64,000 bases of DNA, taken from contig CAWJSJ010000002.1 of the NCBI GenBank assembly GCA_963845565.1, positions 2,016,001-2,080,000 on the forward strand, given 5' to 3'. The notes under the pieces were generated by a model. That model was given only the letters and a program-made list of their open reading frames with translations, had not been told where the DNA came from and did no database searches. The DNA comes from an uncultured Methylomirabilota bacterium. GTDB taxonomy: Bacteria > Methylomirabilota > Methylomirabilia > Methylomirabilales > 2-02-FULL-66-22. Shown here one piece after another: positions 33,642-44,293 of this stretch (its first letter is position 1; each line of letters begins with the position of its first letter). The position numbers and the translations under genes are program-made.

Positions 33642-34069
33642 CAGCGCCCGGCGTCCTTGTGAATCTCGTACGTGGTCCGAAGGGCGATATCCTGCCGCAA
33701 GGAGTGCCAGACCGAGCAGTACTTCTCGTGAGACAACTCGATGGCTCGTTCCACGGCCTCGGGCGGGACATCCCCGGTGACGGTGAAGTGCAGCGTCACC
33801 TCGGTGAAATATTTCGGCTCCTCGCCTCGCCGGTTGCCGACGAGGTGGGCTTGCAGGGCCTTCAGCGGATGGCGACCCTTGGTGAGGATCTGCACCAGAT
33901 CGATACCCATGCAGGCGGCCAGGCTCCCCGCGAGGGCCTGCACCGGTGTGGGGACGGTGTTGCCGGGGCCGTCCATGACGAATTCTGCCGCGTCGGAACG
34001 GGCGGCGAAGCGCATGCCGCCTTGCCAGGTCAGATCAACGACGATCGGGGGTGGGGATGGAGCCGTCAT
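33641..34069 (-). CDS. OsmC family protein (YhfA-like, Cys form)
   Basis: PVQALAGSLAACMGID...VERAIELSHEKYCSV. Confidence 0.9.
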   Translation of the reverse strand: MTAPSPPPIVVDLTWQGGMRFAARSDAAEFVMDGPGNTVPTPVQALAGSLAACMGIDLVQILTKGRHPLKALQAHLVGNRRGEEPKYFTEVTLHFTVTGDVPPEAVERAIELSHEKYCSVWHSLRQDIALRTTYEIHKDAGR

Positions 34070-34169
34070 CGGGTCACTCCTGCATATCGAGACACGGTTG
34101 AGCTTCAGATTGCGAGGTGGCGTTCGGGGCGCCGTCTCCCGATACGGGGCCGTAGGATGGCCCAGGATC

Positions 34170-34235
34170 GCCGTGCGTGTCAAGGCCGAAACGGGCGAGG
34201 CCGACTATGGACAAGCTATTTCGCAACGGCGCCTA
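34170..34235 (+). repeat. degenerate family A element
   Basis: ATGGACAAGCTATTTCGCAACGGCGCCTA resembles the right end of the copy at 46410-46481. Confidence 0.5.
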
Positions 34236-34483
34236 CGTGCCTCTGCCCGCAATCACGGTGACGTATCGCCGGTCCCCCCGGACCGCCCCTCGGACGCCTC
34301 GCCTCGTCGATGCCGGCTCGCCCTTACCCGGGTCGGTCCGCTCAGACGCGGCCCTCCGTGCCGGGGACGGGCTCGCCGGGTACCCATGCGGAGCATGGGT
34401 GTGGCGCGGCGTCTCGGGTCGGCCCGGGGGGACCTGGACTTATGCGGCCACCGTATACGTCATCGAATTTGTCTCCGCGTGTA

Positions 34484-35167
34484 CTAGCCTCGCGGCTCGA
34501 CGCGAATCGGCCAGGATTCGCCGTTCCAGCACATCTCCCAGAACAGCCACTCGTACTGGCTGGAGATCTCGAAGATTTCCATCAGGTGTTGCCGCTTTGA
34601 CGGAGTGATTCCTTCGGTCAGCCGGTTCATCTCCGCCTTGAGCCATTCGGCAGCCTGGACGAACTCCGGCGATGTGTACTGGGCGATCCAGTCGGCGTAC
34701 CGTTGGTCGGCCGGCGGCTTGCCTTGGGCAAGGTGCTGGGCGAGGTACACATACCCCCAGGCGCAGGGCAGGAGCGCCGCCACGAGATCGGCCATGTCGC
34801 CGTCGGCGGCGGTGCGGATCAGGAAGTCGGTGTAGGCGCGCGTGGTGGGCCACATCGCCTCCGCCTCGAGCTCCGCCGGCGTGATGCCGAAGCGATGCGC
34901 ATACTCGCGATGGAGCGCCATCTCGGTGTTGAGTGTCAGGTGGAGGACGGCGGCGTACCAGCCCATGGACTCCAACCGGTCGGCCTTGGCGACCGCCCAG
35001 GCAAAGAGTCGGGCGAAGTCCCTCAGGTACAGGTAATCCTGGCGCACCCAGCGACCGAATCGCTCGACCGGAAGGGAACCATCGCCCAGACCGCGCACGA
35101 AGGGATGCGCGAGCTGGGCGTCCCAGATCGGTCTGGCACTCGTGAACAACGCGTCGGTAAAGGCCAT
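34484..35167 (-). CDS. tenA: thiaminase II
   Basis: HPFVRGLGDGSL, QDYLYL, LLPCAWGY, YADWI..Y, YEWLFWEM. Confidence 0.95.
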   Translation of the reverse strand: MAFTDALFTSARPIWDAQLAHPFVRGLGDGSLPVERFGRWVRQDYLYLRDFARLFAWAVAKADRLESMGWYAAVLHLTLNTEMALHREYAHRFGITPAELEAEAMWPTTRAYTDFLIRTAADGDMADLVAALLPCAWGYVYLAQHLAQGKPPADQRYADWIAQYTSPEFVQAAEWLKAEMNRLTEGITPSKRQHLMEIFEISSQYEWLFWEMCWNGESWPIRVEPRG

Positions 35168-35344
35168 GGCAGCACTCCTGTGCGGCGGGTCGGGAACGGC
35201 GAACCCAACGGATGGACTCTAGGCAAAAGTATGCCGAGTCGTCAAGGACGAATCGCCCCTCGCCGAAGCCCGCATCGCCGGAATCCTTGACGGGCGCCAT
35301 TGCCTGCGATACCGTTCCGCGAACACGTTGTGGGAGGGCGTCAC

Positions 35345-36310
35345 GTGGGCGAGCCGGAATTTGACGTGGTCGGACTCGGGGATGCGATGGTCAGTTTTTC
35401 GCCTCCAGGCCTCCTGCGCCTGGAACAGGCGACCCAGCTGGAAGTGTGGCCCACCGGGGCCGAGGCCAACGCAGCGGTCGCCTTGGCACGCCTCGGGAAG
35501 CGCGTCGGCTGGATCTCCAAGCTGCCCGACCATCCGCTCTCTCGTCTGATCGCGGCAGCAGTCTCGCGGCACGGCGTGGATACCTCCCGAGTCGTCTGGA
35601 CGCCGGACGGGCGGGTGGGGACGCTGTTCTACGAGCGGGCCGTTCCCCCACGACCGCCTCGCGTCTGGTACGATCGGCGAGACTCCGCGTTCACCACACT
35701 GACGTCGTCGGAGCTGGATTGGCCGTACCTCCGGGGTGCCCGGGTTGTCCTGATGGCCGGGACCGCCCCGGCGCTCAGCGCCACGCTGCGCGAGACGACG
35801 CGCCGGGTCGCCCAGGAGGTCCGAACGGCGGGGCGGCTCTTTGCCCTGGACGTGAATTACCGGGCGAAACTCTGGTCCCCGGCGGAGGCGACCGAGTATC
35901 TCACGACGCTGCTGCCCCTCGTCAGCATCCTGTTTTGCGGACGTCGGGACGCCGCGCTGCTCTTCGGCCTGGGGGGCGAGCCCGAGGCGACGGCCCGCGC
36001 GCTCCAGGAACGGTTCGGCGTGCCGACCGTCGTCCTCACGCTGGGATCCGAGGGCGCCATGGCCGTCTCTGATCGGGTCGATCGTGTCTCGCGCGTGCCG
36101 CGGGTAACGGTGGTGGACGCGGTGGGTGCGGGCGACGCCTTTGCCGGGGGGTTCCTGTGCGGATACCTGGAGGGCGGGGTGCAGCGCGGGCTGGACATGG
36201 GCAGCGCCGTGGGGGCGCTGCACTGCACGATCCCGGGCGACTTCGCGTATATCACCCGGGCGGAGGTGGAGGAGTTGCTCGCGTCGGACGACGACGAGAT
36301 CCGGCGGTGA
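35345..36310 (+). CDS. PfkB sugar kinase (KDG-kinase-like)
   Basis: GAEANAAVALARLG, DVNYRAKLW, DAVGAGDAFAGG. Confidence 0.92.
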   Translation: MGEPEFDVVGLGDAMVSFSPPGLLRLEQATQLEVWPTGAEANAAVALARLGKRVGWISKLPDHPLSRLIAAAVSRHGVDTSRVVWTPDGRVGTLFYERAVPPRPPRVWYDRRDSAFTTLTSSELDWPYLRGARVVLMAGTAPALSATLRETTRRVAQEVRTAGRLFALDVNYRAKLWSPAEATEYLTTLLPLVSILFCGRRDAALLFGLGGEPEATARALQERFGVPTVVLTLGSEGAMAVSDRVDRVSRVPRVTVVDAVGAGDAFAGGFLCGYLEGGVQRGLDMGSAVGALHCTIPGDFAYITRAEVEELLASDDDEIRR

Positions 36311-36550
36311 GAGCGGAGATGGGAGAGCTTAGAGCCGAGAGCCGAGACGGACGAGCCGCGATGCGAGAGCCGAGTGCCTGGAGCCGAGCCGGACGAGCCG
36401 CGAGCCACGACCTGAGAGCCGCGAGTTGGGGCCTGAAGGGCTGAAGGCGAGGGAGACGACTCGTCAACGGGTCTGCCCCAATTGACCAGTTGCCATTTGA
36501 CGAATCGACTTCCTGAGCGCTGAAAGCTGAAAGCACGGGAGAGCTTCCTC

Positions 36551-37980
36551 ATGCGTGATCTGTGTTTCACATCTGCGACGGAGCTGACCCGGCTGTACCG
36601 GGCACGAAAGGTGTCGCCCGTCGAGGCGATGGAGGCAATCCTGGGCCAGGTGGACCGGGTCAATCCACACGTGAATGCCATCGTCACGCTGGCGCGAGAG
36701 TCCGCCCAGCGCGCAGCGCGGGCGGCCACGCGGGCGATGTCGCGAAAGGGCGAGCTGCCGCCGCTCTTCGGCGTGCCGGTCACCATCAAGGATCTCACGG
36801 TAACCAAGGGGCTGCGCACCACGTATGGCTCCACGATCTACGCGGATCATGTCCCGGCCGAGGACGCCCTGGTGGTCCAGCGGCTCAAGGCGGCCGGCGC
36901 CATCGTGCTCGGCAAGACCAACACGCCGGAGTTCGGTGCCGGCGCCAACACCTTCAACGCGGTGTTCGGGGCGACACGGAACCCCTGGGATCTGGCGCGG
37001 ACCTGCGGCGGGTCGAGCGGTGGCTCCGCGGTGGCCCTGGCCACGGGGATGGGACCGCTGGCGCACGGGTCGGATCTGGGCGGTTCGCTTCGCATCCCGG
37101 CGGCGTTTTGCGGCGTGGTGGGGTTCCGGACGACGCCGGGGCTGGTGCCCGTCTATCCACGGGAGCTGGCCTGGGATCAATTCTCGGTGCACGGGCCGAT
37201 GGCGCGGACCGTGGCGGACACGGCCTTGATGCTCTCGGCGATCGCGGGGCCGGATGACCGTTCGCCGATCTCGTATCCGGTGGACACCCGGGAGTTCCTG
37301 AAAGCGGTGCGGACACCGTCGGTCAGGGGATGGCGCGTGGGATGGACGCCCGACCTCGACGGACTCATCCCCGTCGATTCCGAGGTGGCTGCCGTGGCGG
37401 AGCAGGGCGTCCGGGTCTTCCGCTCCCTGGGCGCGAGAGTCGAGGCGGCCTCGCCAAGCTTCGCAGAGACGAATGACATCGTGCTGTCCACGCGGGGTCT
37501 CATGATGGCGACGCTCCACGCCGAGAAGCTCCCTCGCTGGCGGGCCCGGATGCAACAGGGATTGGTGTGGAACATCGAGCAGGGCCTCAAGCTCACCCCG
37601 CCGGAGATCGGCCGGGGGAGAAGCTCCGGACGATCCTCTGGCACCGGGTGCGGACCTTCTTCGAGCGGTACGATCTGCTGATCCTACCGACGGTGGCCGT
37701 GAAGCCGTTTCCGGTGGAGCAGCCGTACCCTGCGGAGATCAACGGGCAGGCGCTCACGAACTACACCCAGTGGTTCTTCCTCACCTATGCCATCTCGCTG
37801 ACCGGCTTGCCCGCCATCTCCATCCCCTGCGGCTTCACGCGGGACGGCCTGCCGGTGGGGCTGCAGATTGTCGGCCGACGCCGCCACGAAGCCGCCGTCC
37901 TCCGGGCCGCCGCCGCGTTCGAACGGGCGGCGCCCTGGGCGGACCGGGTTCCGCCGATCGGCGCCGCCCTACCACGTTGA
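36551..37980 (+). CDS. amidase signature family enzyme (frameshift near 37615)
   Basis: GVPVTIKD, GGSSGGSA, GSDLGGSLRIPA; C-terminus continues in ORF 37567-37980 (GLPVGLQIVG). Confidence 0.9.
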
Positions 37981-38189
37981 GCGAATGACTGCGGTGCGTT
38001 TTCGACATTCGAATTTCGAAATTCGAATTTGCGACTTGTCTGGAATCCTCCGGTTGACGTCCTCGTCTTGACGGCCAATACTCCTGCTACCGTCTGTTTC
38101 GCGTCCGGCGTGCCGGTATTTCCCCTCTCGACGGGAACTGTCAGACGGGCGAGACCTCGGCCGTCACGCCGCCGCCGCCGGAGGTCCGC

Positions 38190-39149
38190 ATGCGTCGTCT
38201 GATCGTCACCCTCGTCCTTGCGCTCACCGCGGCGACGGCCGCCGCCCAGGTCACGGTTCAGGAATACCCCTTGCCTCCCCGTCTCGGCGCACACGACGTC
38301 TGGGCGGACCCCGCGCCGGATGGGCCGGTGTGGTTCTCCGCGCAGCGCAGCGGGCATCTCGGCCGGCTCGACCCGAAGACCGGCAAGGTCGAGTTGATCC
38401 CGCTGGGGCAGAACTCGGCACCCCATGGGGTGATCCTCGACGCCGACGGTGCCCCCTGGCTCACCGACGGCGGCCAGAATGCCATTGTGCGGGTGGACCC
38501 CACGACCAAGGCCGTGACGAGGTGGCCGCTGCCGCAATCGCGCGGGTACGTCAACTTGAATACGGCCATCTTCGATCGGGGCGGAGTTCACTGGTTCACG
38601 GGACAGAATGGAATCTACGGCCGTTTGGATCCGAAGACGGGTGACCTGAAGGTCTTCGACGCGCCCAAGGGACGCGGGCCGTACGGCATCCACGTCACGC
38701 CCGAGGGGGTCGTGTACTACGCCTCGCTGGCCGGCTCGCACATCGCCCGCATCGACGCGGCGACGGACAAGGCCGTGATGATCGAGCCGCCGACGCCCGG
38801 CCAGGGTGCACGCCGTGTCTGGTCCGATTCGGCCGGCGTCGTCTGGGTGAGCGAGTGGAACTCGGGGCAGCTGAGCCGCTACGACCCCCGCACCGGGCAA
38901 TGGCGGCAGTGGAAGGCCCCGGGGGCGCGGCCCAGGGTGTACGCGGTGTACGTCGATGAGCGCGACAAGGTATGGGTCTCGGAATGGGCCGATCAGGTGA
39001 TGCTGCGTTTCGACCAGGCGACGGAGAAGTTCGAGGCGTTCAAGTCGTCGAGCGGCACGGCCGACGTCCGGCAAATTCACGGCCGCCGGGGCGAGATCTG
39101 GACGCCGGAGTCGGCGGCGGACAAGCTGGTGGTTTACCGCTACCGTTGA
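38190..39149 (+). CDS. secreted Vgb (virginiamycin B lyase)-like beta-propeller
   Basis: Repeats LGRLDPKTG, SAPHGV, GPYGI, GARRVWSD. Confidence 0.88.
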   Translation: MRRLIVTLVLALTAATAAAQVTVQEYPLPPRLGAHDVWADPAPDGPVWFSAQRSGHLGRLDPKTGKVELIPLGQNSAPHGVILDADGAPWLTDGGQNAIVRVDPTTKAVTRWPLPQSRGYVNLNTAIFDRGGVHWFTGQNGIYGRLDPKTGDLKVFDAPKGRGPYGIHVTPEGVVYYASLAGSHIARIDAATDKAVMIEPPTPGQGARRVWSDSAGVVWVSEWNSGQLSRYDPRTGQWRQWKAPGARPRVYAVYVDERDKVWVSEWADQVMLRFDQATEKFEAFKSSSGTADVRQIHGRRGEIWTPESAADKLVVYRYR

Positions 39150-39191
39150 TGCGACTGAGATCTTTCGCCACAAGACACACAAGACACACAA

Positions 39192-39608
39192 GTGTTTCGA
39201 TCACCTGGGATTGCTGGCGCGCGGTGTGGGACGAAACGATCGTGTCCCGGATTGGCGATCGCGCTGCTTGTGATTGTTTCGGGGGGCGCCGCTTGGGCGC
39301 AGGACGGCGCGAGTATCTTCCAGCGCTGCTACGCCTGCCACTCGCTCGAGGTTGCCGAGCGCAACCTCTCCGGCCCGAACCTGCGCGGACTCTTCGGTCG
39401 CCGGGCCGGCGCGCTGGACGCGTTCGAGTATTCCCTCCCGTTGCGAGCGGCCGGCCGGCGCGGGCTCGTCTGGACCGCCGAGACGCTCGACCGGTTTCTG
39501 GAGGACCCCGAGGAACTCGTTCCGGGCGTGCGGATGACCGGTGTGCGGCTGCGCGACGCGGGGGAGCGCCGCGAGCTCATTCGCTGGTTGCAGGGCGCGA
39601 CCCGATGA
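39192..39608 (+). CDS. class I cytochrome c
   Basis: CYACH, GPNLRGLFGR, WTAETLDRFL..P..VPGVRM. Start uncertain. Confidence 0.88.
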   Translation: MFRSPGIAGARCGTKRSCPGLAIALLVIVSGGAAWAQDGASIFQRCYACHSLEVAERNLSGPNLRGLFGRRAGALDAFEYSLPLRAAGRRGLVWTAETLDRFLEDPEELVPGVRMTGVRLRDAGERRELIRWLQGATR

Positions 39609-39725
39609 GCAGCAGCCCGATCTCAGAAGCCCACGGGCGCCCCATCGTTGGATGGGGCGCCCGTGGGCTGATCGGGACCGCGTAGCGGCCGCGCGGGGAT
39701 TCCGCTGTGGCAGAGCCGCGGGGTG

Positions 39726-40946
39726 TCAGGCTCCCTGCATCATGGCCTCGGCCTCTGGCCGGGGCCGCTCGTGAGCTTGGTCCCAGTACGGGGAGAGCCG
39801 CCGGAGATTGGCGACGATGCGTGGGAACACCTCCAGGGCGTGGTTCACGTCCTCGTCGGTGTTGTACCGACCCAGGGACAGGCGGATGGAGCCATGGACG
39901 GCGCTGAAGGGCACCTGCATGGCGCGAAGGACATGGGACGGCTCCAGCGACCCCGAGGTGCAGGCCGATCCCGAGGAGGCGCAGATGCCGTGCTCGTTGA
40001 GCTGGTAGAGGATCCCTTCCCCTTCGATGAAGTGGATCGAGAGGTTGCAGGTGTTGGGGATGCGAGGCGCGCCCCGACCGTTCACCTCCACGCACGGGAT
40101 GCTCGCGAGAAGCCCCGCCTCCAGCCGATCCCGCAGTTGCCGGATGCGCGCCTCCACCGCCTCGTGATCCGTCTGGGCGAGCTCCACGGCCCGGGTCAGC
40201 GCGGCGATGTACGGCACGTTCTCGGTTCCGGCCCGGCGTCCGCCCTCCTGATGGCCCCCGATCATGAACGGGCGGAGGGGCGTCCCGCGGCGCACGAAGA
40301 GGGCGCCGACGCCTTTGGGCGCGTAGAGCTTGTGGCCCGAGAAGGCCAGCAGGTCGACGTGGGCCAGGGCCCCCCGAAGGTCCAGGGGAAGCTTGCCGGC
40401 GGTCTGGGTGGCATCGGTCAGGAAGAGAATGGCGGGGTCGGTTTCCTTGGTGACGCGCGCCAACTGGTCGATGGGGAAGATGACGCCGGTCTCGTTGTTG
40501 GCGTGCATGACGGCTGCGATCAGGGTGTCCGGCCGGAGCGCCTGGATGAAGGTGCGGAGGTCGAGGTTGCCCGCCCGGTCCACGGGGAGGAACGTCACCT
40601 CCAGACCGCTTCGCGCCAGGTCCTTGCACACCTCGTAGACCGCAGGGTGCTCGACTGCGGTCGTGACCACGTGGCGACGGCCGGGGTTCGCCCGGACCGC
40701 CCCGTAGAGGGCGGTGTTCAGGCTCTCGGTGGCGCAGGACGTGAACAGGATCTCGGAGGGATCGACGCCCCCCAGGAAGCGCGCCAGGGTCTCGCGCCCT
40801 CGTTTGATGGCCTGGGAGGCCGGGGAGGCGCGATCGTAGGCCGAGCTGGGGTTGAAGTACTCGGCAGTGAAGTATGCCTCCATGGCCGCGCGGACTTCCG
40901 GAGCGACGGGGGTCGTGGCATTGTTGTCCAGATAGACGGTTCGCAT
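39726..40946 (-). CDS. nifS: cysteine desulfurase NifS
   Basis: YLDNNATT, FSGHKLYAPKG, SSGSACTSGSLEPSHVL. Confidence 0.93.
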   Translation of the reverse strand: MRTVYLDNNATTPVAPEVRAAMEAYFTAEYFNPSSAYDRASPASQAIKRGRETLARFLGGVDPSEILFTSCATESLNTALYGAVRANPGRRHVVTTAVEHPAVYEVCKDLARSGLEVTFLPVDRAGNLDLRTFIQALRPDTLIAAVMHANNETGVIFPIDQLARVTKETDPAILFLTDATQTAGKLPLDLRGALAHVDLLAFSGHKLYAPKGVGALFVRRGTPLRPFMIGGHQEGGRRAGTENVPYIAALTRAVELAQTDHEAVEARIRQLRDRLEAGLLASIPCVEVNGRGAPRIPNTCNLSIHFIEGEGILYQLNEHGICASSGSACTSGSLEPSHVLRAMQVPFSAVHGSIRLSLGRYNTDEDVNHALEVFPRIVANLRRLSPYWDQAHERPRPEAEAMMQGA

Positions 40947-40956
40947 GGGTGGCCTC

Positions 40957-41918
40957 TCAGACGGCGATGATCCGGATCCGGTCGTCCACCATCTCCTTCA
41001 GGCTACGCTCGACCATCAGCTTCAGCGTCATGCCGGCACCGCCGCATCCCGCGCACGCCCCGACCAGGCGGCAGTAGACCACGTTGTCCTTGATGTCGAC
41101 GATCTCGACGTCGCCGCCGTCCTTCGCCAGCATCGGCCGGACGTACTCGTCCAGGGCCTTCTCCACCTGCTTGTTGAATTGATACGGCGAGAGCGGGGGA
41201 CGACCGGCGACCGCCGCCTCGCGCGGGTCCGGGGGCGTGGGGCGGATCTTGAGGGTGAGGGGCTGCGCACCCCACACCTCGTTCAGGAGGTCCTGCAGCC
41301 CGCCCGGCTTGTGGTGGCAGGACATGCACGCACCACCCGCCTTGATGGCGCCGGTGATCTCGGTGATGGTCTTCAGTCCCAATTCCCGGATCTTGCGCTT
41401 GAGGTAGGGCTCGGTGAGTCCGAAACACTGGCAGACGAGTCCGGCCCTCCTCTTTCTCCTCGGCGTGCATGTCGACGCCCAGCGCCGAGAGATCCACTCC
41501 CCGTTTCTGGGCCCAGTTGAAGACCGCCGCCTCCAGCGCCTCCGCGCCCATCACGGAGCAGTGGATCTTCTGATCGGGCAGCCCGCCAAGGTACGCGACG
41601 ATGTCGCGGTTGGTGATCTTGAGGGCGCCGATCGGGGTGATAGGTTCCCTGCTCGATCAGCGTGCAGAGCGCCTCGGAGGAGGCGATGGCCGACGTGCAG
41701 CCGAAGGTGAGGTAGCGCGCCTCGGTGATGACGTCCTGCAGCGGGTCGGTGGCGTGCCGGCGGACGCGAAACGTGAATCGGAGCGCGTCGCCGCACGCGA
41801 TGGAGCCGTGCTCGCCGATGCCGTCCGGCTGCTCGATCTCGCCCATGTGGGTCCCGGGCTTGCCGTGGACCGCGTCCATGAAGATTTGCTTGGTCTTCTC
41901 GCTGTATTCCCAAGCCAT
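40957..41918 (-). CDS. nifU: three-domain NifU Fe-S scaffold (frameshifts near 41640 and 41440)
   Basis: IscU-like [24 protein letters not shown], central CQCFG...GGACMSCH, Nfu DGGDVE..GACAGC. Confidence 0.88.
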
Positions 41919-42233
41919 GGAGTCCCCCGTCGGTTTGTTTCCGTGCGATTTCCGGTGTTGTCTGACGCCGCCGCCGAGCCGCTGTGCCGTCCGAGGATCG
42001 CTCGCCGGCCGTTCTCTTGTCAACGCAAAGCCGTCAAAGGTCAGGAAAACGGCACCACGGGTCCGATGCGCCGGAGGCGCGTGGCAGGCGGTTTGTTCTT
42101 GACGAAGCGGGGGGCCCGCGGTATCCAGATGGCGGATCGTCGGCGCGGTCTGCGCCGGGCCGGGCCGCGGTGTACCGCGGCCCGGCCCCGGTGCCCACGA
42201 TATGCGGCAAACAGGGGATCGGGAGGTGTGACG

Positions 42234-42689
42234 ATGCAGGCAGGAGGATCGATCGTGCGATGCGCCCTAAGCGCCGCGTGCGGGCTGATGTTCGTGATGG
42301 CCGTGGCGCAGGCCGCCGAGGCGAAGAAGATCGACTGCGAACTCCGGTACTCGCTGGCGGGCTGGTCCGCGTTCTACAAGACGGCGAAGGGCCAGGGAAA
42401 GATCACGTGTGACAACGGGCAGACGATGCGGGTGGCGATCACCGTGAAAGGGGGCGGCATCACGTTCGGCAAGACGAAGATCGAGGACGGCCGCGGGAAG
42501 TTCTCCGAGGTGTCGAACATCAACGACCTGCTCGGCGGGTACGCCGAGGCGGGGGTCGAGGCCGGCGCGGTCAAGTCCACGGAGGCCAATGTCCTGACCA
42601 ATGGCACGACCACGCTGGCTCTTGCCGGGAAGGGCGAGGGGTGGAATCTGGGGGTCTCCGGCGCCAAGTTCACGATCAGCCGGAAGTAA
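42234..42689 (+). CDS. secreted hypothetical protein
   Basis: GGAGG RBS, signal peptide, C..YSLAGWSAFYK...CDNGQ. Confidence 0.75.
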   Translation: MQAGGSIVRCALSAACGLMFVMAVAQAAEAKKIDCELRYSLAGWSAFYKTAKGQGKITCDNGQTMRVAITVKGGGITFGKTKIEDGRGKFSEVSNINDLLGGYAEAGVEAGAVKSTEANVLTNGTTTLALAGKGEGWNLGVSGAKFTISRK

Positions 42690-42796
42690 GCCGTTGTCAA
42701 AGAATTAGTTGAGCGGAGACATTTCGAAACGGCATAAGGAGCCGTAACGAAATAGAAAGAGATGTATAGGTTATTTCGAAACGGCTCCTAACGCGG
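42689..42796 (+). mobile_element. MITE-like element family A, copy 2 (108 bp)
   Basis: AGCCGTTGTCAAAG...TTTCGAAACGGCTCCTAA; begins in the TAA stop of the upstream gene. Confidence 0.8.
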
Positions 42797-42915
42797 GGCG
42801 GTCATTCGCGAACCGGACATGCCGCCACGTGACGGGCGGCGAACCGTCCGACAACCGGGGTGAGGGGCCGACCGCGTTGGCCGGGGCATCCGGCGGATCC
42901 GAGCGAGGGGGGCGC

Positions 42916-43380
42916 ATGGTGCGTCTGGTGGTGAACGGGGAGGCGCGGGAGTTCGACGGAGACCCCACGGCCCGATTGGTCGAGGTCCTCCGCCGCGACC
43001 TGGAACTGCCCGGGACGAAGTTCGGCTGCGGCCAGGGGCGATGCGGGGTATGCACGGTGATCGTCAACGGGCAGGCGGTCCGCTCGTGCCAGATCCCGGT
43101 GCAGGCCGTGGCAGGGCAGGCGATCACCACGATCGAGGGGGTGGGGTCTCCCGAGCAACCGCACCCGCTGCAGGTCGCCGTCCGCGAGGCGCAGGCCATG
43201 CAGTGCGGCCACTGCGCGCCCGGCATGATCATGGCGGCCAAGGCCCTGCTGGACCGGGCGCCCCGCCCGAGCGAAGCCCAGGTCCGACAGGTCCTGGAGG
43301 GACACGAGTGCATGTGCGGGAGTCGCAGTCAGGTGATTCGGGCCGTGCTTCGCCTCTCCGGGCCGGCGGGTCGGCGATGA
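42916..43380 (+). CDS. (2Fe-2S)-binding small subunit, CoxS/IorA-like
   Basis: GCGQGRCGVCTV..SC, QCGHCAPG, CMCG. Confidence 0.9.
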   Translation: MVRLVVNGEAREFDGDPTARLVEVLRRDLELPGTKFGCGQGRCGVCTVIVNGQAVRSCQIPVQAVAGQAITTIEGVGSPEQPHPLQVAVREAQAMQCGHCAPGMIMAAKALLDRAPRPSEAQVRQVLEGHECMCGSRSQVIRAVLRLSGPAGRR

Positions 43381-43438
43381 CGGGCCGGCCGGCGGACGCT
43401 CCGGTGCAAGGCCTGGGCGGCCGCGGACAGGGTGTGCG

Positions 43439-44140
43439 ATGAGCGCAGTCGCCAGCCCACCCGAGTCCGCCGGCGTCGCTCCGCTCCACCGCCCGACGCG
43501 GATTCAGCGGCTGGTTGCCGTCCTCATCTTCGTCTCGATCCGGGCCCTCGCGGCGACCCTGCGGTTCCGCGTGGAGGACGCCTCGGGACTGTTCACCGGG
43601 GGTGTCACCGGAGATCCCGTCATTTTCACGGTCTGGCACAACCGACTGGCGCTTGTGCTCGTGATCTATCGCCGGTTCGTGGTTTCGCATCACCCCCAGC
43701 GACGCCTGGCGGCCATGGTGAGCGCGAGTCGGGACGGCGCCATGCTGGCGCGGGCGTTGGAACTGTTCGGCGTCCAGCCGGTCCGCGGCTCGACGAGCCG
43801 GCGCGGTCCGCAGGCGCTGCGCGAACTCACCAGCTGGGGTGCGCAGGGCTACGATCTCGCCATCACCCCGGATGGACCGCGCGGGCCTTGTTATGTCGTG
43901 CAGAGCGGCGTGGTGTCGGTAGCGCAACTCACCGGACTGCCCATTGTGCCGGTGTCCTACCACCTGAGCAGAAAGACCCGGCTCAAAAGTTGGGACCGGT
44001 TCCAGGTCCCGTGGCCCTTCACGCGCTGCACCATTCGGGTCGGGGAGGTCCTGCGGGTGCCGCGCGACGCCAGCGAGGCCGACCGCGACCAGCTTCGGGA
44101 GGAACTCGAAAAGCGGATGCGCGCCATCACGGAGGATTAG
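43439..44140 (+). CDS. DUF374 / lysophospholipid acyltransferase family protein
   Basis: WHNRL, SASRDG, VRGSTSRRG, ITPDGPRGP, SWDRFQVPWPF. Confidence 0.9.
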   Translation: MSAVASPPESAGVAPLHRPTRIQRLVAVLIFVSIRALAATLRFRVEDASGLFTGGVTGDPVIFTVWHNRLALVLVIYRRFVVSHHPQRRLAAMVSASRDGAMLARALELFGVQPVRGSTSRRGPQALRELTSWGAQGYDLAITPDGPRGPCYVVQSGVVSVAQLTGLPIVPVSYHLSRKTRLKSWDRFQVPWPFTRCTIRVGEVLRVPRDASEADRDQLREELEKRMRAITED

Positions 44141-44165
44141 TCGGCTGCAACACCCCGCGTTGTTT

Positions 44166-44293
44166 CAGGCTGCTCAAAAAGGCCCAGATGCTAGGCGGCG
44201 GGCAAAGGGCCGAGCGAGGCGTACTCCAGGTACGCCGCAGTGAGCGCCCGAGCACGCCAACGCCGCAGATGGACCTTTTTCAGCAGCCTGCTA
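44166..44293 (-). mobile_element. MITE-like element family B
   Basis: CAGGCTGCTCAAAAAGG...CCTTTTTCAGCAGCCTG terminal IRs, central GGCGTACTCCAGGTACGCC hairpin; overlaps the DUF3047 TAG. Confidence 0.8.

Noticed and set aside
35168..35300. TPP riboswitch upstream of tenA
   Set aside because: No CUGAGA or AUACCUG-type core motifs are visible on the minus strand.
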